Of a stretch of 64,000 nt of DNA, positions 38,614-50,692 are shown piece by piece. The stretch is taken from positions 18,724,001-18,788,000 of the forward strand of contig JBHGNT010000005.1 in the NCBI GenBank assembly GCA_043228905.1. Direction: 5' to 3'. Made by a program: the position numbers and the translations under genes. Positions within the stretch are counted from its first letter, which is position 1, and the number at the start of each line of letters is the position of its first letter. This stretch comes from Azolla caroliniana (Eukaryota > Plantae > Polypodiophyta). Below the pieces are notes generated by a model that was given only the letters and a program-made list of their open reading frames with translations, did not search any database and had not been told where the DNA came from.

Positions 38614-39912
38614 TGTTGGGAAATCGGTCCCTCCAGATGGGATCCGGTTATGAATGAAGAGGACCCAATGAGAACCGGAAGAGATCTAGAAACTGGATCG
38701 GATGGACCCGGTGAGAACCGGAAGAGAAGACATATTTGAAAATATGTTTTGAGTGAGCCTATTGAGGCTATATTTGTAAATAGCCCTAAGTTCATATAAG
38801 TATAAATATGACTTAGGGCAATCACTTTGAGTGTGGACAAGGTTGTTGTCATATTGCTATATGTGCATAACTGTTGTATAGAGAGAGAGCGGGAGAGAGG
38901 AGATACAGAGCGATACTCTGATGTAACAGCTGGTTGGCGAAGATAGAGAGCTCGAGGTCATTGCCTCCGAGACTCTGATTGTACCTTTCTCATATAGTGA
39001 TAGATCGGAGTCTGTGGGCTCCCGTGGTTTTTCCCATTTAGGGTTTTCCACGTAAACATCCTGTGTACTCTCCATCAAATCGTGTGTGTACATGCATTCA
39101 CTCTCTATTTCCCATTTCTGTGTTTCATTCTCATTGAAGTGATTCAAGACTCGGTTGTGGCCAAGCAATATTCCACATTGTTCTCTTGAAACTGGTATCA
39201 GAGTGAATAACACAGGAAATGGAAGAGTCGTTCGGCGGCATGTTCAAGCTCACCGGCTCCATCTACTCAGTGTGGAAGTCGAAGATGAGGGATATGTTGG
39301 AGGTTAAAGATCTTTGGTGGTCGATTCAGTTCGGGGACAAGAGACCGGATAATATCGATGCCATGACATGGGAGGTGATGCACATGAAGATGATGGCATA
39401 CATCTGGTGCTTCATTGACATGAGTTTGTACAACAACTTCAATGAAGAGAGCAAGGCTTATGAACTCTGGGAGAAGATCGGCATCATGTTCCAAAACAAG
39501 AATGTTGTTAATCTGGTTTCAATATTCCGGAAGCTCATGAGCCTCCGATATCAGGACGGCTCCAGTATGGTGGAGCACATGAATGCCTTCTAGGGACTGA
39601 TCCACCAGGCAACCTCGTTGGAAGTACCTCTTGTCAATGAGGTCTCGCATTACTCCTACTCGGTTCCCTCCCGAATAGTTGGGAGACGCTAGTTGTCATG
39701 TTGGGCAACGCCGAGCCGAAAGGAAAGCAATTGTCACTAGCAAGAGTAAAATCAAGCTTGCTAGATGAAGAAGCTCGCAAGAAGGATCGGGAGTCTGGAA
39801 CCGATCTGAATGCCTTGGTCACAGAAGATGACCACAATCGGGGAAGAGGCCGGTATCGGAGTCCCCAAAACTGGGACAAGTCGGGAACGAGGTCGAAGTC
39901 AAGGGGGAGGCC
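38614..39912 (+). mobile_element. Copia E2: 5' LTR, PBS and gag, truncated by D2
   Basis: LTR from 38614 to ~39189. PBS TGGTATCAGAG at 39193. Gag 'MEESFGGMFKLTGS' is paralogous to E1. Confidence 0.9.
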
Positions 39913-42900
39913 TGTTGGGGACAAGGTCATCAATGCGGAAGAACAAACAACATCTGTGATGTTGAAGGACCTGTGTATGAGAATGAAACAAGATACACAA
40001 AGAGAGAGAGAGAGAGATAGGCACAAAGAAACGTTTTATTTCTTAATAGCAACAGTTACAAAATGACAACCAACCTCTACTAAAGGTTACAAAGTCACTT
40101 TATATAGTGACTATCCTAGGTCAACTGCCCTTACACATAGAGAGAGAGAGAGAGAGAGAGATAGGCACAAAGAAACGTTTTATTTCTTAATAGCAACAGT
40201 TACAAAATGACAACCAGCCTCTACTAAAGGTTACAAAGTCACTTTATATAGTGACTATCCTAGGGCAACTGCCCTTTATGCTATTTATAAAAATAGCCCA
40301 AACTTGGGTTGTCCAAAGGAACAGTGTGAATACGGCCATTATTCACTCGTATTCGACACTCCCCGTAATGGGCGTATACATGGGTTATCTTAAATTACAG
40401 GTATATACAAGGTTTATAGGACAGATCAGTTTTGTTCGAGTCGGCAAGATCTGAAGATAGAAGACCGAACCGGTTGGGTAGGAAAAGCTGAAACCGATCC
40501 TCAAAGAACCGATGTCGGTTGTCCGAAACCATCCTATGCTGTGTGTCTGACTTTTTAACCGGACCGATTTTTCGTTATGCCCATCTGGTGCCGAAGGGAC
40601 CGGAAGCGATCTACCGAAAGACACTTGGTCATTCCATCTATGACATTATCGGTTGTGGATATCTTCTCGAGACCGATTTTCCCTAAAATGACGCAGTCCC
40701 GAACAAAGTGATATCGAACGTCGATATGCTTGGAGGTATTGTGGTGAACCAGATTTTTTGACAAAGCAACAACACCCTAACTGTCATTGTAGACAACTGG
40801 AGCCGAGTCGAGGTCGACTTGTCGAAACGTGTGCACCAGTCGACCAAGCCATAAAGCTTCTTTTGTCGCATCGGACGCAGCTACATATTCCGCTTCGGTC
40901 GTTGAGGTGGTTGTGCACTCCTGAAGTTTCAACTTCCACGGGATTGCTCCATTGCCGAATTTGAAACAATATCCGGTTGTTGATTTCTGACTGTCCACGC
41001 AGTCAACGAAGTCCGAGTTCGTGTAACCGACTATGCCTAGGTTGAGTTCGGGCCAAAAAGAATGTCGTGGTCTTTTGTGCCAGCTAGATATTTGAACACA
41101 TGCTTGACTGCGTTCCAGTGCAATCGGCATGGGTTGTGCATGAATCTGCTGACGACTCATACAGCGTGAGAAATATCAGGTTGTGTCGCGACCATCGCGT
41201 ACATAAGGGAGCCGACTGCTAGTGCATACAGTACCGACTTCATATCTTCCCCCTCCGGACCGAATGTCGGGCAATCTTGCTGAGACAGCCGAAGGTTAAT
41301 GGGGAGCGGGGTCGAAGCAGACTTGGCCGAGTGCATGTTGAAGCGTTCCAAGACACGTCCGATGTAATCCGTTTGAGACAAGAAAAGTTGTCGTTTATCG
41401 CGATGCCGACTAATCTTCATACCAAGTATGTGTCTTGCCGGACCGAGGTTTTCGAATGAGTTTGGTGAGCTCTCCAACATGTCAGACGGAGAGTAGCATC
41501 TCGTCCACGTATGATGAGGAAGATGGGAGACCCGTCTTGAGCTATTTTGGTGAAGAGACAGTGGTCCTCATCGCTCTTGGAGAAACCGACCGACTGGATG
41601 AAGTCGTCGAACTTCTTGTACCACTATCAGAGTGCCTGTTTCAGGACGTATAAACTCTTCTTGAGTCGGCAGACTAGATGTTCCTGGACGGATGCCACAA
41701 AGCCTTTCGGCTGCTCCATATAGATTTCCTCTTGTAGGTCACCATGGAGGAATGTCGTTTTTACATCTAACTGAATCAATTCCAAGTTGTCGGCGGCCAC
41801 GACGCCGAGCATGAAACGAAGGGTTGTCATTTTCACCACTGGTGAAAAGATTTCGTCGAAGTCAACGCCATATTCTTGTCGAAATCCCGTCGCAACTAAT
41901 TTGGCCTTGTACTTTGGGTTGGTCGAGTCAGACGTCTCGTTTAGTCGATAGACCCACTTACACGAAAGAGCACGTTGATTCTTTGGTAATTCGACCAAGT
42001 CCCAAGTCTTGTTTGCATGAATGGAGTGCATTTCCGACTCCATCGCCAGATGCCAGGTCACTGAGTTGGCAGATGCCGATGCTTCTTCGTAAGACGTCGG
42101 TTCGCCGGCGTCGGTAAAGAAAATTCCAGGAGAGTACCTTTCCGGAGGTTGTGACAATCTCTCGGATCTTCGAGGTATGACTGGACTGGTCGTACCGGGT
42201 GTAGGTGTCGAATGGTCGGAAGCCGAGCCATTCGGTTGTGCTAAATCGGTGGATTTAGGACGAGAGGTGTCGGTTACCCGTGAAACCGATCTCGTGTTGT
42301 GGGTTGGGCCTTCATGAAGGGTTGGCACTTCGGAAAATATTACCCTTCAGACTTCAATAGGCCTTTCGGCCGTTTTATGCATAGCCGACTCGTTGAACAC
42401 GACGTTCGAACTTCAGACGATTTATCTGTGCTCGGGGTTCTAGAGTCAGTATCCGATCTCGCCGTCGGGTAAGGAAAATGCATTTCCTTGATCTTGGCTC
42501 GAGTTTCCAGCGGTCGTCTTTCGGTATGAGGGCATAAGCCTCGCAGCCGAAGACCCTCAGCTTGTCATAATTCGGCTTACTGCCGGTCCATGTTTCCTGA
42601 GGTATTTTAAGTCCTATAGGTCTACTTGGCGACATATTTATTATGTGTACTGTCGTAAGTAGAGCCTCCGCCCAGAAGCCATCCGATAGTCCGAAGTGTT
42701 GTGGCATGGATACTATGCGTTCTTGAATCATCTAATTCATGCGTTCAGCAATTCCATTCTGCTCCGAACTATAGGGTGCCGTATATTCACGTCGAATGCC
42801 GCGTTCCCGGCAAAATTTGAAGAATTCGTTAGACTTGAATTCTCCTCCATTATCGGTTCGGAGACATTTTAGTTTCTGACCGGTCTGGTTTTCGACCATT

Positions 42901-43710
42901 GCAAGCCATTCGGAGAAGATCGAGAACACCTGATCTTTGGTTCTAATGGGGTAAACCCACACCTTTCGAGTCGAGTCATCAATAAAACTGACAAAGTACG
43001 AAGCACCGTCGAGAGACTGATGTGGCATCGGGCCACAGACATCCAAGTGGACCAAATCGAGGGGACTCGATTCTCTTGGTGCTGATGTCGGGTGTGATGC
43101 GGCTATCTGTTTGCCATACTGGCAATGCTCGCAGAATTGGTGATCTAAGAAGGAGAGCTTGGGGATGTAACCGGCTCTGGATAGGTGCGTTATGCCGGCC
43201 TTGCTGAGGTGTCCAATTCGTCCATGCCATAACGATGACACGAGTATATCAACCAAAAATAAGTCACCCTCTTTGAGTGTGACAAAGAGTGTACCTTTGG
43301 TCCTCAAGCAAGCAGGAGGTTCCCTTTGTGGAGTGTCCACCCTCCTGATGAGAACCCGGCACAGATGCTAGCTTCATCAAGTTGTTCGACTGAGATAAAG
43401 GGTCTTGAAAGCTCAGGAACGTGTTGGACGTTGTGTAGTACGAGTGTAGAGCCACCCAGAAGGTTGAGCTCTACGGCGCCGATTCCGATTATGGCACAGT
43501 GTTGCGAGTTCCCGACTCGAACTGAGTCAGAGTGCCGGTCTGAGTATTGTCGAAACTGAGATCGGTGAGGTGTCACATAATACGATGCGCCCAAGTCTAG
43601 GAGCCATTTGCTCGATTCCTCAGTCGTAAGCAAAACTTCTAATTCGACTCAGGACAATATTTGTTGTCATTTCAATGTTTGAGGAGTGGCATCACTCCTT
43701 TGCCTCTTCT
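39913..43710 (-). mobile_element. Copia D2: 3' LTR, RH, RT, INT, PR (gag and 5' LTR missing)
   Basis: LTR at 39913-40358 with a ~140-bp internal tandem duplication. PPT present. WLLDLGAS, LWHGRIGH, LRTDNGGEF, QLDVKTTFLHG, SKHIDVRYHF. Confidence 0.9.
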
Positions 43711-45312
43711 TGTCTTTAATTGATGGTATTGGTGGTGTTAAGATTGCTAGCCACTGTGCTATGGCCGGACACACTTTCTTGCCATTTGCTACTACCACTA
43801 TGGCCGCTTGTAAGCCATCGCAGCGATGATGCTCAATCCTCCCTTAAGCCTTCATACGTTGCGATGATAAATCTAGCTCTGTGCTTTGGCATCACCAACG
43901 ACCGTGGGTGAACGAATCCGTACTCCACCAAGAACTTCGCGACTTCTTTGAGAATCGGGTCTGAGCCCCCTTGTGTTTTGTACGCCTTGTTGGAAATGGA
44001 AAACTCCCCAAAGTACTCATCGATTGATCGTAGTCCTCCGCTCGGCAATTCGATCATTGCCTGGATCGTGGCTCCGGATATCTCCTCAACATCAATCTTT
44101 TTCGCGAAGACCTCCAGTTCTCGGTATTGTGGTGCTTCGGCGACGCAAAGAAATTTGTCAATGCCATGTTGTTGGAACCATGCTTTCACTTCTGTGGAAA
44201 GCTCCATCTGTTCGGTAGTGAGTTCGTCGGTGGTGATGAGGCATTGTGTGTTCGCATGTTCGCGACTATTCTCTCTCTGGTTGTGCACTCCTAACAATTT
44301 TCTATCTCTAAATGAAACTCCTTCGTTCATTTTGAGACTTTTTATTCCCATCTCTGCGTCTTCCTGTCAATGCATCACCACATCATTGTCTCAATTGGCG
44401 CGCTCTCAGCAATCGTGGCTATTTATGGCGGTATGATGTCGTCTCATAGTTAATTATGGGGTCATCATAATGTTTTGTGGGTTTCATATTTATTTATTTA
44501 TTTATTTATTTATTTATTCCTTTAATATTTACATATTTGTCTCTCAACCATACACCTTCCTCTATCTGTCGTCTTTGGATGTCGTAAGCTTTGGATATCG
44601 CTAGCGATCCTCCGACCTACTTACCCTTGGTACCTGTCCGGTGTTGCCGTCGTTCCTGACTGTCGAATCATCCGGTCGTCCATTGCGGCCTACCACTCTC
44701 CAGTCCCCGGCTTCCTTGTTCTCTTCCTCATTCCTCTCGTATTTAAAAGAATTTGCTAGCACTGGTCCCTTATACGGCTTCAACCGGAATCTATTTACCC
44801 ATTTGTCAAACACTTCCCCGGCTAAGGTTCCCAATTGATATGACCCATTCAACTCCTTAATTATCCAATATGTCTTGTCCATCTAAATCAGAGCTTCCTC
44901 TGCATGGTTCCCATCTGTGTCTGAAATACCGTGATTGCTTTGCCGATGTCAAATTGCCGCTCATTTCCCTTCTGGTGTCTGTTGACGAACGCTTTCTGGC
45001 GGTTTTGTTCGTGCTCCAAGTGCCAGATACTCCGTAGTCACTCTTGGCCGAGCACTAGTAGTTGCTTCGATCATATTTGCTCCAAAGTTGTTTCATCAAA
45101 TCTTTCCCTGACCTGCACTCAGAGGTTTGGCACCCAAAATTCTATGGGCATTATGGCTTCCAATCCAAAGGTTAGTCGGAACGGTATCCACTGGATGATT
45201 ATTTTAAAAGTAGTTCTATACGCCCAAAGCGCACTATGGATTTTAGTGTCCCACTCGGTCTTGTTCTCGTTGACGATTTTCTTCAATATTGTCTACTACT
45301 TTTTGTTTGTTG
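43711..45312 (-). mobile_element. Non-chromovirus Gypsy 2: integrase C-terminus and accessory ORF N-terminal domain
   Basis: Minus-strand 'ILKKIVNENKTEWDTKIHSALWAYRT' and 'GSYQLGTLAGE..VNRFRLKPY' are homologous to Gypsy 1. ORF at 43833-44351. Confidence 0.85.
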
Positions 45313-45359
45313 TGTGGGGAAAACAGGTCCCTCCAGATGCGAAGGAGGGCATGAACCGG

Positions 45360-47230
45360 TGTCGTGAAGTTTCGCGCACGTGTGTTACTTGGGCAGGACC
45401 ACGGGGGTCTCGGACTAGGGAGTACTCAAGGGATAGAGAAGACCCGAGGTTTGCTTTACGACAATACTACTTCCCGACCCCTTCCCGAGCAAGGTCTCGT
45501 TTCCCTTTGTTTTGCAAGGCTGGTGGCTCTCGTTGATCACGACTACCAATTTATGTCGCGAAGTTTCGCGCACGTGTGTTACTTGGGCGGGACCACGGGG
45601 GTCTTGGACTAAGGAGTACTCAAGGGATAGAGAAGACCCGAGGTTTGCTTTACAACAATACTACTTCCTGACCCCTTCCCGAGCAAGGTCTCGTTGCCCT
45701 TTGTTTTGTGAGGCCAGTGGCTCTCGTTGATCACGACTCGTCGACCTTCCGAGATCACCGTACGAGCCAAGTGACCAAACGGGTACAAGCAAGATGAGCA
45801 CGCAACATGAACGCACAAGGGGACGATAACACAAACACGAATGTCCGTACGTCTTTATGAGGAGGAGAGGTTCATGGGCATGCCCGAACGCTCCCTCGTC
45901 ACAAGACGTCGAACGTACGAGGAAGACACAAACACACACACAAATGCTCGTACGCCTTTATGAGGAGGAGAGGTGCATGGGCAAGCCTGAACGGTCCCCT
46001 CGTCACAAGACGGTCGAACGTACAAGGAAGACACAAACACACGCACAAATGCTCGTACACCTTTATGAGGAGGAGAGGTGCATGGGCAAGCCCGAACGGT
46101 CCCCTCGTCACAAGACGGTCGAACGTACAAGGAAGACACAAACACACGCACAAAATGCTCGTACGCCTTTATGAGGAGGAGAGGTGCATGGGCAAGCCCG
46201 AACGGTCCCCTCGTCACAAGACGGCCGAACGTACAAGGAAGACACAAACACACATACAAATGCTCATATGCCTTTATGAGGAGGAGAGGTGCATGGGCAA
46301 GCCCGAACGGTCCCCTCGTCACAAGACGGCCGACCGTACAAGAAAGACACGAATAAAGAAAGAAGGAGAGAAAGAAACACGAATGATATTGACCAAAGAG
46401 ATAAATACGTGTTCGATTCTAACGCAAGAGGACCCTTTATAAAATAGGGTTTTGTTTACAATGGCAACTTATAGTTAACCACAAGCTCAATCAAAACATA
46501 AATATTAAATGCCCTTAGAGACAAGGCAAAACCGAACACGGCGAAGATGAACACACGAGCACCACCAAAATGCCACTCCCAACGAACCACGACCACCCGA
46601 ACAGCGAGCACACGGGCTCGCAACGACGAACGGGGCGGAGCAACGTCGAACAAACGAAGTTTGGGCTCACGAGCACTTCGAGTGCCGACGCGAATAAGAC
46701 GAGCACGTGGCGATGGGGGGATGAAGGGGTATGAGATGAAGAGAAGTGGTGAATAAGGAGATGAAGAACTTCGAAGGAAAATTGGCGATAGTCTCCTCCT
46801 CCCAAAACGTCCTCCTCAATGAGCCCCCCTCGACCTCCTTTTATAGGAAAAAAAGAAGGGGGGGTCGCCAAATTTGTTCTCAATGAAAAAGGAATAAAAT
46901 TCCTTAAATCACATTGCACTATAAGACTAGATTCAAACCATACACCTCTAGCTAATAGTCAATGTGACTATCCACTAGCCCACTAACTCTCTCTTATACA
47001 ATATATAATTGTATCTCTATAAATTTATAGCTTGTCTCCCCTCTACCTTTTATCTTCCCTCTCTCTTACTTTTTGCACGAGCTTCTATACCTCATTTTCA
47101 CCCTTTCTTTTCCTTTTTATTTTGCATATGCACAATTAATCGCTTTTGTGTGCACACACATTGCACATGCACATTTTTTACCCCCCCTTTCGCCGGTTTT
47201 TCCCACCCTCGAGCACGCCACATCACGACA
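45360..47230 (-). mobile_element. Non-coding LTR element F: long LTR, PBS-like stub and ~190 bp of a second LTR end
   Basis: Termini TGTCGTGA...TCACGACA with flanks CCGG/CCGA. The 45360-45545 segment is repeated at 45554-45738. Minus-strand TATA near 46840. Confidence 0.75.
45846..46350. repeat. ~105-bp tandem repeat, 5 copies
   Basis: Units start at ~45846, 45949, 46054, 46160 and 46265 (CGTACGCCTTTATGAGGAGGAGAGGTGCATGGGCAAGCCCGAACGG...). Confidence 0.95.
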
Positions 47231-49175
47231 CCGAATCAGTCGAATCCGAAAGAAAAGCAAATCTGGAGAGGTATCCAGAAATGGCTACATTTGTAAATAG
47301 GTTTCGTTGCACCTATTTAGGTCAGATTTGTAAATAGTCCTAACTTGTATAAGTATAAAGACAACTAGGGCAAAACTTTATGTACTGAGAGAAAAGCGAC
47401 TCTAAAGTTTTGACTGTGTAACTGTGAGTGATTAAGAGAAGTGTAGCATCTCTGTTGTATCCGCTTGTAGGTGAAGAAGACGAGCTCAAGGTTGTTGCCT
47501 ATGAGGCTCTCTATATACCTCTCATATCGTGAACAATTTGGAGCCTGTGAACTCCAGTGGTTTTCCCACTTTGGGTTTCCACGTTAACATCCGGTGTTGC
47601 CTTGTCTCTGAGCGAGCGAGTGAAATTTTTTGTTTTTCTTTATTTTGTGTTTGAACCTTGTTTGTGGTCGAGGACCCCTTTTATATCAAACTGGTATTAG
47701 AGCAAAGACTTATAACCTTCAAGCAAAGAAAGAAAATGGAAGACTCATTCGGCGGCATGTTTAAGTTAACTGGCTCCAACTAAGTGTGGAAGTCAAAGAT
47801 GAGAGACGTATTGGTATGCAAAGATCTCTGGTTGCTAGTGCGATATGGGAAGACCAAGCTTGACAAGATTGATGCATCGACTTAGGAATTCATGCATCTA
47901 AAGGCGGTTGCTTACATAAGGTGTTTTATAAACAGGAGTCTATACAACAACTTCAATCAAGAGAACAAAGTGGATATCCTTTGGGAGAAGATCAGCATTA
48001 TGTTCAAGAACAAGAATGTCGTTAACAGGATCTCAGTCTTGAGGAAGATAGTGAGACTCCGGTATCAAGATGGCTTGAGCATGGTGGAGCATTTGAATGC
48101 CTTCCAAGGGATGATAAACCAAACCACTTCTCTTGAAGTACCTCTTGCCCACGAGGTACTAGCATTACTATTGTCGAGATCCCTTCTGGACAGCTGGGAG
48201 ATGCTCGTTGTCACGTTGGGCAACACCAAACTGGAAGGTAAACACTTATCCCTAGAGAAGGTGAAGTCGAGCTTGTTGAATGAAGAAGCTCACCGGAAGG
48301 ACAAAGATTTTGGAACTGACCCAAAGGCCTTAGTCACCGAAGGTGACGTGAACCAAGGAAGAGGCTGAAATAGAAGTCCCCAAAACCGAGAAAAGTCGGG
48401 GGAGTTTGAAGTCGAGGGGAAGGCCCACATGCTTCTATTGTGGGAAGCCGGGGCACTTCCAGAGAAATTGTTGACATTACCAAAAGGACAAAGGAGGAGC
48501 TGATGGTGTCGAGCCGAAGAAAATCCTGGACAAAAAGAACACCTCAACAATCCTCGTGAGTGAAGAGGAGTTGTTCATTAGTGAACAAAATGAAGTCAAC
48601 CTCGCCGGTGAAGAATCGACATGGGTGGTCGATTCTAGTGCATCATTTCACCTAACCCCCAACAGAGGATGCTTCTCAGCATACAAGGCCAGAGACCATG
48701 GATATGTGAAGATGGGAAATGACGGCGCACGCAAAATAGTCGAAATCGGAGATGTACATTTGCTAGCATTGACAAGTTGTAAAATGGTGCTCAGCGACAT
48801 ACGCCATGATATCCGCCATGTTTCGGATATCAGATTGAATCTTATATCAAATAAATGGCTCGATATCACCTGATGTTATGGAACGACCATCAATGACTCC
48901 TATGGCTACTAGGTTTGGGAGCTTATTCAAAAGGATGTTTTGTGACAATGCAAATTCACGATCCATGAAACAAGAGTTGGCTCAAAAATCTAGGAGGGTA
49001 GAGGCTAGGACTCGATGACATGTAGATGTGGTAAGCTCAACTTGTGTAGAAAAAACTCTACTCACTTGACTCAATGAAATGGAACCACAACTAGGAACTA
49101 ACTCTATATATCTAGGATGGTCCAACCAAATGGCTCCTATTTTGGCCAGACTTACTCGTTTAACACATCCTCTAA

Positions 49176-50267
49176 TTAACTCAAGACATCGAATCTATTC
49201 TCATGGCATGGACTATTAGGCTTATTTATGTTATTAGAAGTAAAAATGGAACTCCAAATAGGGATGTCATGTGCACTTACTTGGTATACTTGACGTCTAG
49301 GTTTATGTGGACAATTCACGGCTATATGTCCTGGACCGCCACAATATAGGCATAGGTGATGCACTCGACATCGTTGCTTCTCAGCTTCTGATAAAGGCCC
49401 TCGACGTTGTGTTGTCTCTATTTCCATCGTAGTTGGGTCATCCCTTGTAATGGGTCTGGAAACTTGTGGAGGCGTTGTGACTACAAATGCATACGTTTGT
49501 TCCGGTTGGTGACGTAACATTTGTTAGCGCTCAGAACGTCACTCAAATAGGCGATTATCACATCGCACGACTCGACTAATGGCCTTTGTTAAAGACTTCG
49601 GATCTTCATGGAAAGTAAGAAGAAGATCTTTGACATCATTACGCAAACCTTGACGGAATTGATCCATTAAGGCCGCCTCATCCCAAGGGATATCACATGC
49701 CAAAAGATGGAAATCAGCTGCGTAAGCCGACGCGGGACGATCTCCTTGTCGGAGCCTTCGAATCTTGTTTATTGCCGTCCTAGTGATGTCGGTGTCTCCA
49801 AAACTAGCTTGAAACTCCTTAACAAATGCCTCAAAATCCTCCATCAATGGTGATTTCTTCTCGAGAAGTGGTGCAAACCATGCTAATGTTGTACCACATA
49901 GCAAGGTTACCACTAATCCCACACGAGCAGCATTAGTTGGGAACCAATTGGGATGTAACTGAATAACCAAACGGACTTTATTCAAGAAGCCTCGAAATAA
50001 AGACCTTATACCATCAAACTTGGCAAGGAGGCTAATCTTTGGTTCTCGAGGGGAGTTTTGAGCCCCCAACGCTTGTTCTCGTAATGACAATATAGTAGCC
50101 TCGAGTTGAAGAACCCATTGTGATAACTCTTCATATTGTTGAGCTTTTTCGGTACTCACTTGTTGTAGGTCGCCCAGTAGCCTTTGATTTTCATGCTCTA
50201 ATGCCACAAATTTATTCTTGAGCATGTCGAGCTCAAAAAGAACATACATGTATTCTTGTTTGCTCAC
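49176..50267 (-). pseudogene. Gag of the Tcn1-like element (coiled coil, capsid, CCHC knuckle), with internal stops
   Basis: ORFs 49539-50267 and 49176-49520 are in the same frame. Confidence 0.85.
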
Positions 50268-50524
50268 GGACTCTATAACTTACGAGGGGAGAAAAGAAGA
50301 TAGAAGAGAACTTGTTGGAAGAGGGAGAAATGAAAAATTGGTTCAAACTGTCAACATAAAGAGAAAGAGAGAGAAAGAGAGGAAAAGAGATATAGTGTTA
50401 AGATAGAAAGAGAATTGAAATGAAAGTATTGTATTGCAATATAAGATGGAGTACAAAGAGAAGACAGTAGGGAGCTATAGGATGGCGTTGAACCATTTTG
50501 GTTTTTGGAGGATTGATAGATCCC

Positions 50525-50652
50525 TATTTATAAGTCCCCATAGATTACTCTAGATTATTCTAGGACATTCTAGAATATAGAGTAATCTAGTAGTCTAGAA
50601 GGTTCTAGAATATAGAACACTCTAGAATATTCTAGGAAATTCTAGAATATTC
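50525..50652 (-). promoter_or_regulatory. LTR promoter: TATA box plus heat-shock-element (nGAAn) array
   Basis: TATAAATA on the minus strand at 50525-50532. TTCtaGAA at 50568-50575, GAAggTTCtaGAA at 50598-50610, GAAtaTTCtaGGAaaTTCtaGAAtaTTC at 50625-50652. Confidence 0.7.
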
Positions 50653-50692
50653 TTATCATATTAGATTATATATTCTAAAAACTATACACATA

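Larger units (their letters stand above)
45313..48864 (+). mobile_element. Copia E3: 5' LTR (45313-45359 + 47231-47688), PBS, gag and protease, truncated
   Basis: LTR start TGTGGGGAAAACAGGTCCCTCCAGATG resembles E1/E2. PBS TGGTATTAGAGC at 47692. Gag and WVVDSSASF protease present. Confidence 0.88.

Noticed and set aside
45846-46350. CRISPR-like array or hammerhead ribozyme/retrozyme
   Set aside because: The units are near-identical along their whole length, with no spacers. The CUGANGA-like strings (CTTTATGA, GTGACGA) are imperfect and no GAAA follows the stem.
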